A program made the translations under genes and the position numbers. A stretch of DNA of 63,320 bases, filler included, from Octopus bimaculoides (taxonomy: Eukaryota), in assembly GCF_001194135.2 (NCBI RefSeq). It is 5 parts of 5 records of this genome, joined end to end, with 100 filler letters (N's around TTAATTAATTAA, not from the genome) between each part and the next. Parts side by side here need not be neighbours in the genome. Positions count along the whole stretch, not along the records: positions 60,068 to 63,320 come from NW_026295758.1; 4 more parts are not named here. The stretch is one strand, 5' to 3'. Below are positions 62,335-63,320 of this stretch, piece by piece; position 1 is the stretch's first letter, and each line of letters opens with the position of its first letter. The notes under the pieces were generated by a model that saw only the letters and a list, made by a program, of their open reading frames with translations, did no database searches and was not told where the DNA came from.

Positions 62335-63320
62335 CTTATTGAGAAAATGAAAGTATATAATACAGACATAAATACATACACATCTATATATCTATCTANN
62401 NNNNNNNNNNNNNNNNNNNNNNNNNNNNNNNNNNNNNNNNNNNNNNNNNNNNNNNNNNNNNNNNNNNNNNNNNNNNNNNNNNNNNNNNNNNNNNNNNNNN
62501 NNNNNNNNNNNNNNNNNNNNNNNNNNNNNNNNNNNNNNNNNNNNNNNNNNNNNNNNNNNNNNNNNNNNNNNNNNNNNNNNNNNNNNNNNNNNNNNNNNNN
62601 NNNNNNNNNNNNNNNNNNNNNNNNNNNNNNNNNNNNNNNNNNNNNNNNNNNNNNNNNNNNNNNNNNNNNNNNNNNNNNNNNNNNNNNNNNNNNNNNNNNN
62701 NNNNNNNNNNNNNNNNNNNNNNNNNNNNNNNNNNNNNNNNNNNNNNNNNNNNNNNNNNNNNNNNNNNNNNNNNNNNNNNNNNNNNNNNNNNNNNNNNNNN
62801 NNNNNNNNNNNNNNNNNNNNNNNNNNNNNNNNNNNNNNNNNNNNNNNNNNNNNNNNNNNNNNNNNNNNNNNNNNNNNNNNNNNNNNNNNNNNNNNNNNNN
62901 NNNNNNNNNNNNNNNNNNNNNNNNNNNNNNNNNNNNNNNNNNNNNNNNNNNNNNNNNNNNNNNNNNNNNNNNNNNNNNNNNNNNNNNNNNNNNNNNNNNN
63001 NNNNNNNNNNNNNNNNNNNNNNNNNNNNNNNNNNNNNNNNNNNNNNNNNNNNNNNNNNNNNNNNNNNNNNNNNNNNNNNNNNNNNNNNNNNNNNNNNNNN
63101 NNNNNNNNNNNNNNNNNNNNNNNNNNNNNNNNNNNNNNNNNNNNNNNNNNNNNNNNNNNNNNNNNNNNNNNNNNNNNNNNNNNNNNNNNNNNNNNNNNNN
63201 NTCTATATATACATATATATCTATATATATACATACATACATACACATATAGATATACATTCACATATAGATATATATACATACACACATATATATATAT
63301 ATACATACATATATATATAT

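Noticed and set aside
60185-63306. ORFs of 300-425 aa in the track
   Set aside because: They are mostly X from N runs; only the 62127-62334 exon is supported.

Overview
AT-rich, gap-riddled animal genomic scaffold. It is inferred to be octopus/coleoid cephalopod from the SINE families and microsatellite load. Only one protein-coding exon is recognisable: two LDL-receptor class A repeats at 62127-62334 on the minus strand, LRP2/megalin-like. Two or three well-formed plus-strand splice units of an unidentified transcript also occur (3279-3357, 12288 onward, possibly 9324-9333). The rest is repeats: three tRNA-derived SINE families in many copies, three Penelope-like element remnants, R4/Dong-, RTE- and Tx1-like LINE fragments, a two-ended Chapaev3-type transposon, pogo, Tc1, maT and mariner relics, MITE-like inverted repeats and many microsatellites. 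The most notable signals are two type I hammerhead ribozyme motifs. One (22996-23124, +) has a long structured stem II and sits inside a ~230-bp inverted repeat whose arm begins almost exactly at the predicted cleavage site. The other lies at the end of a 208-bp, TSD-flanked, retrozyme-like insertion (57763-57970, -) nested in a Penelope RT. Four N-flanked TTAATTAATTAA linkers mark artificial scaffold joins, so long-range contiguity is uncertain. Almost all ORFs in the supplied track are microsatellite or gap artefacts.
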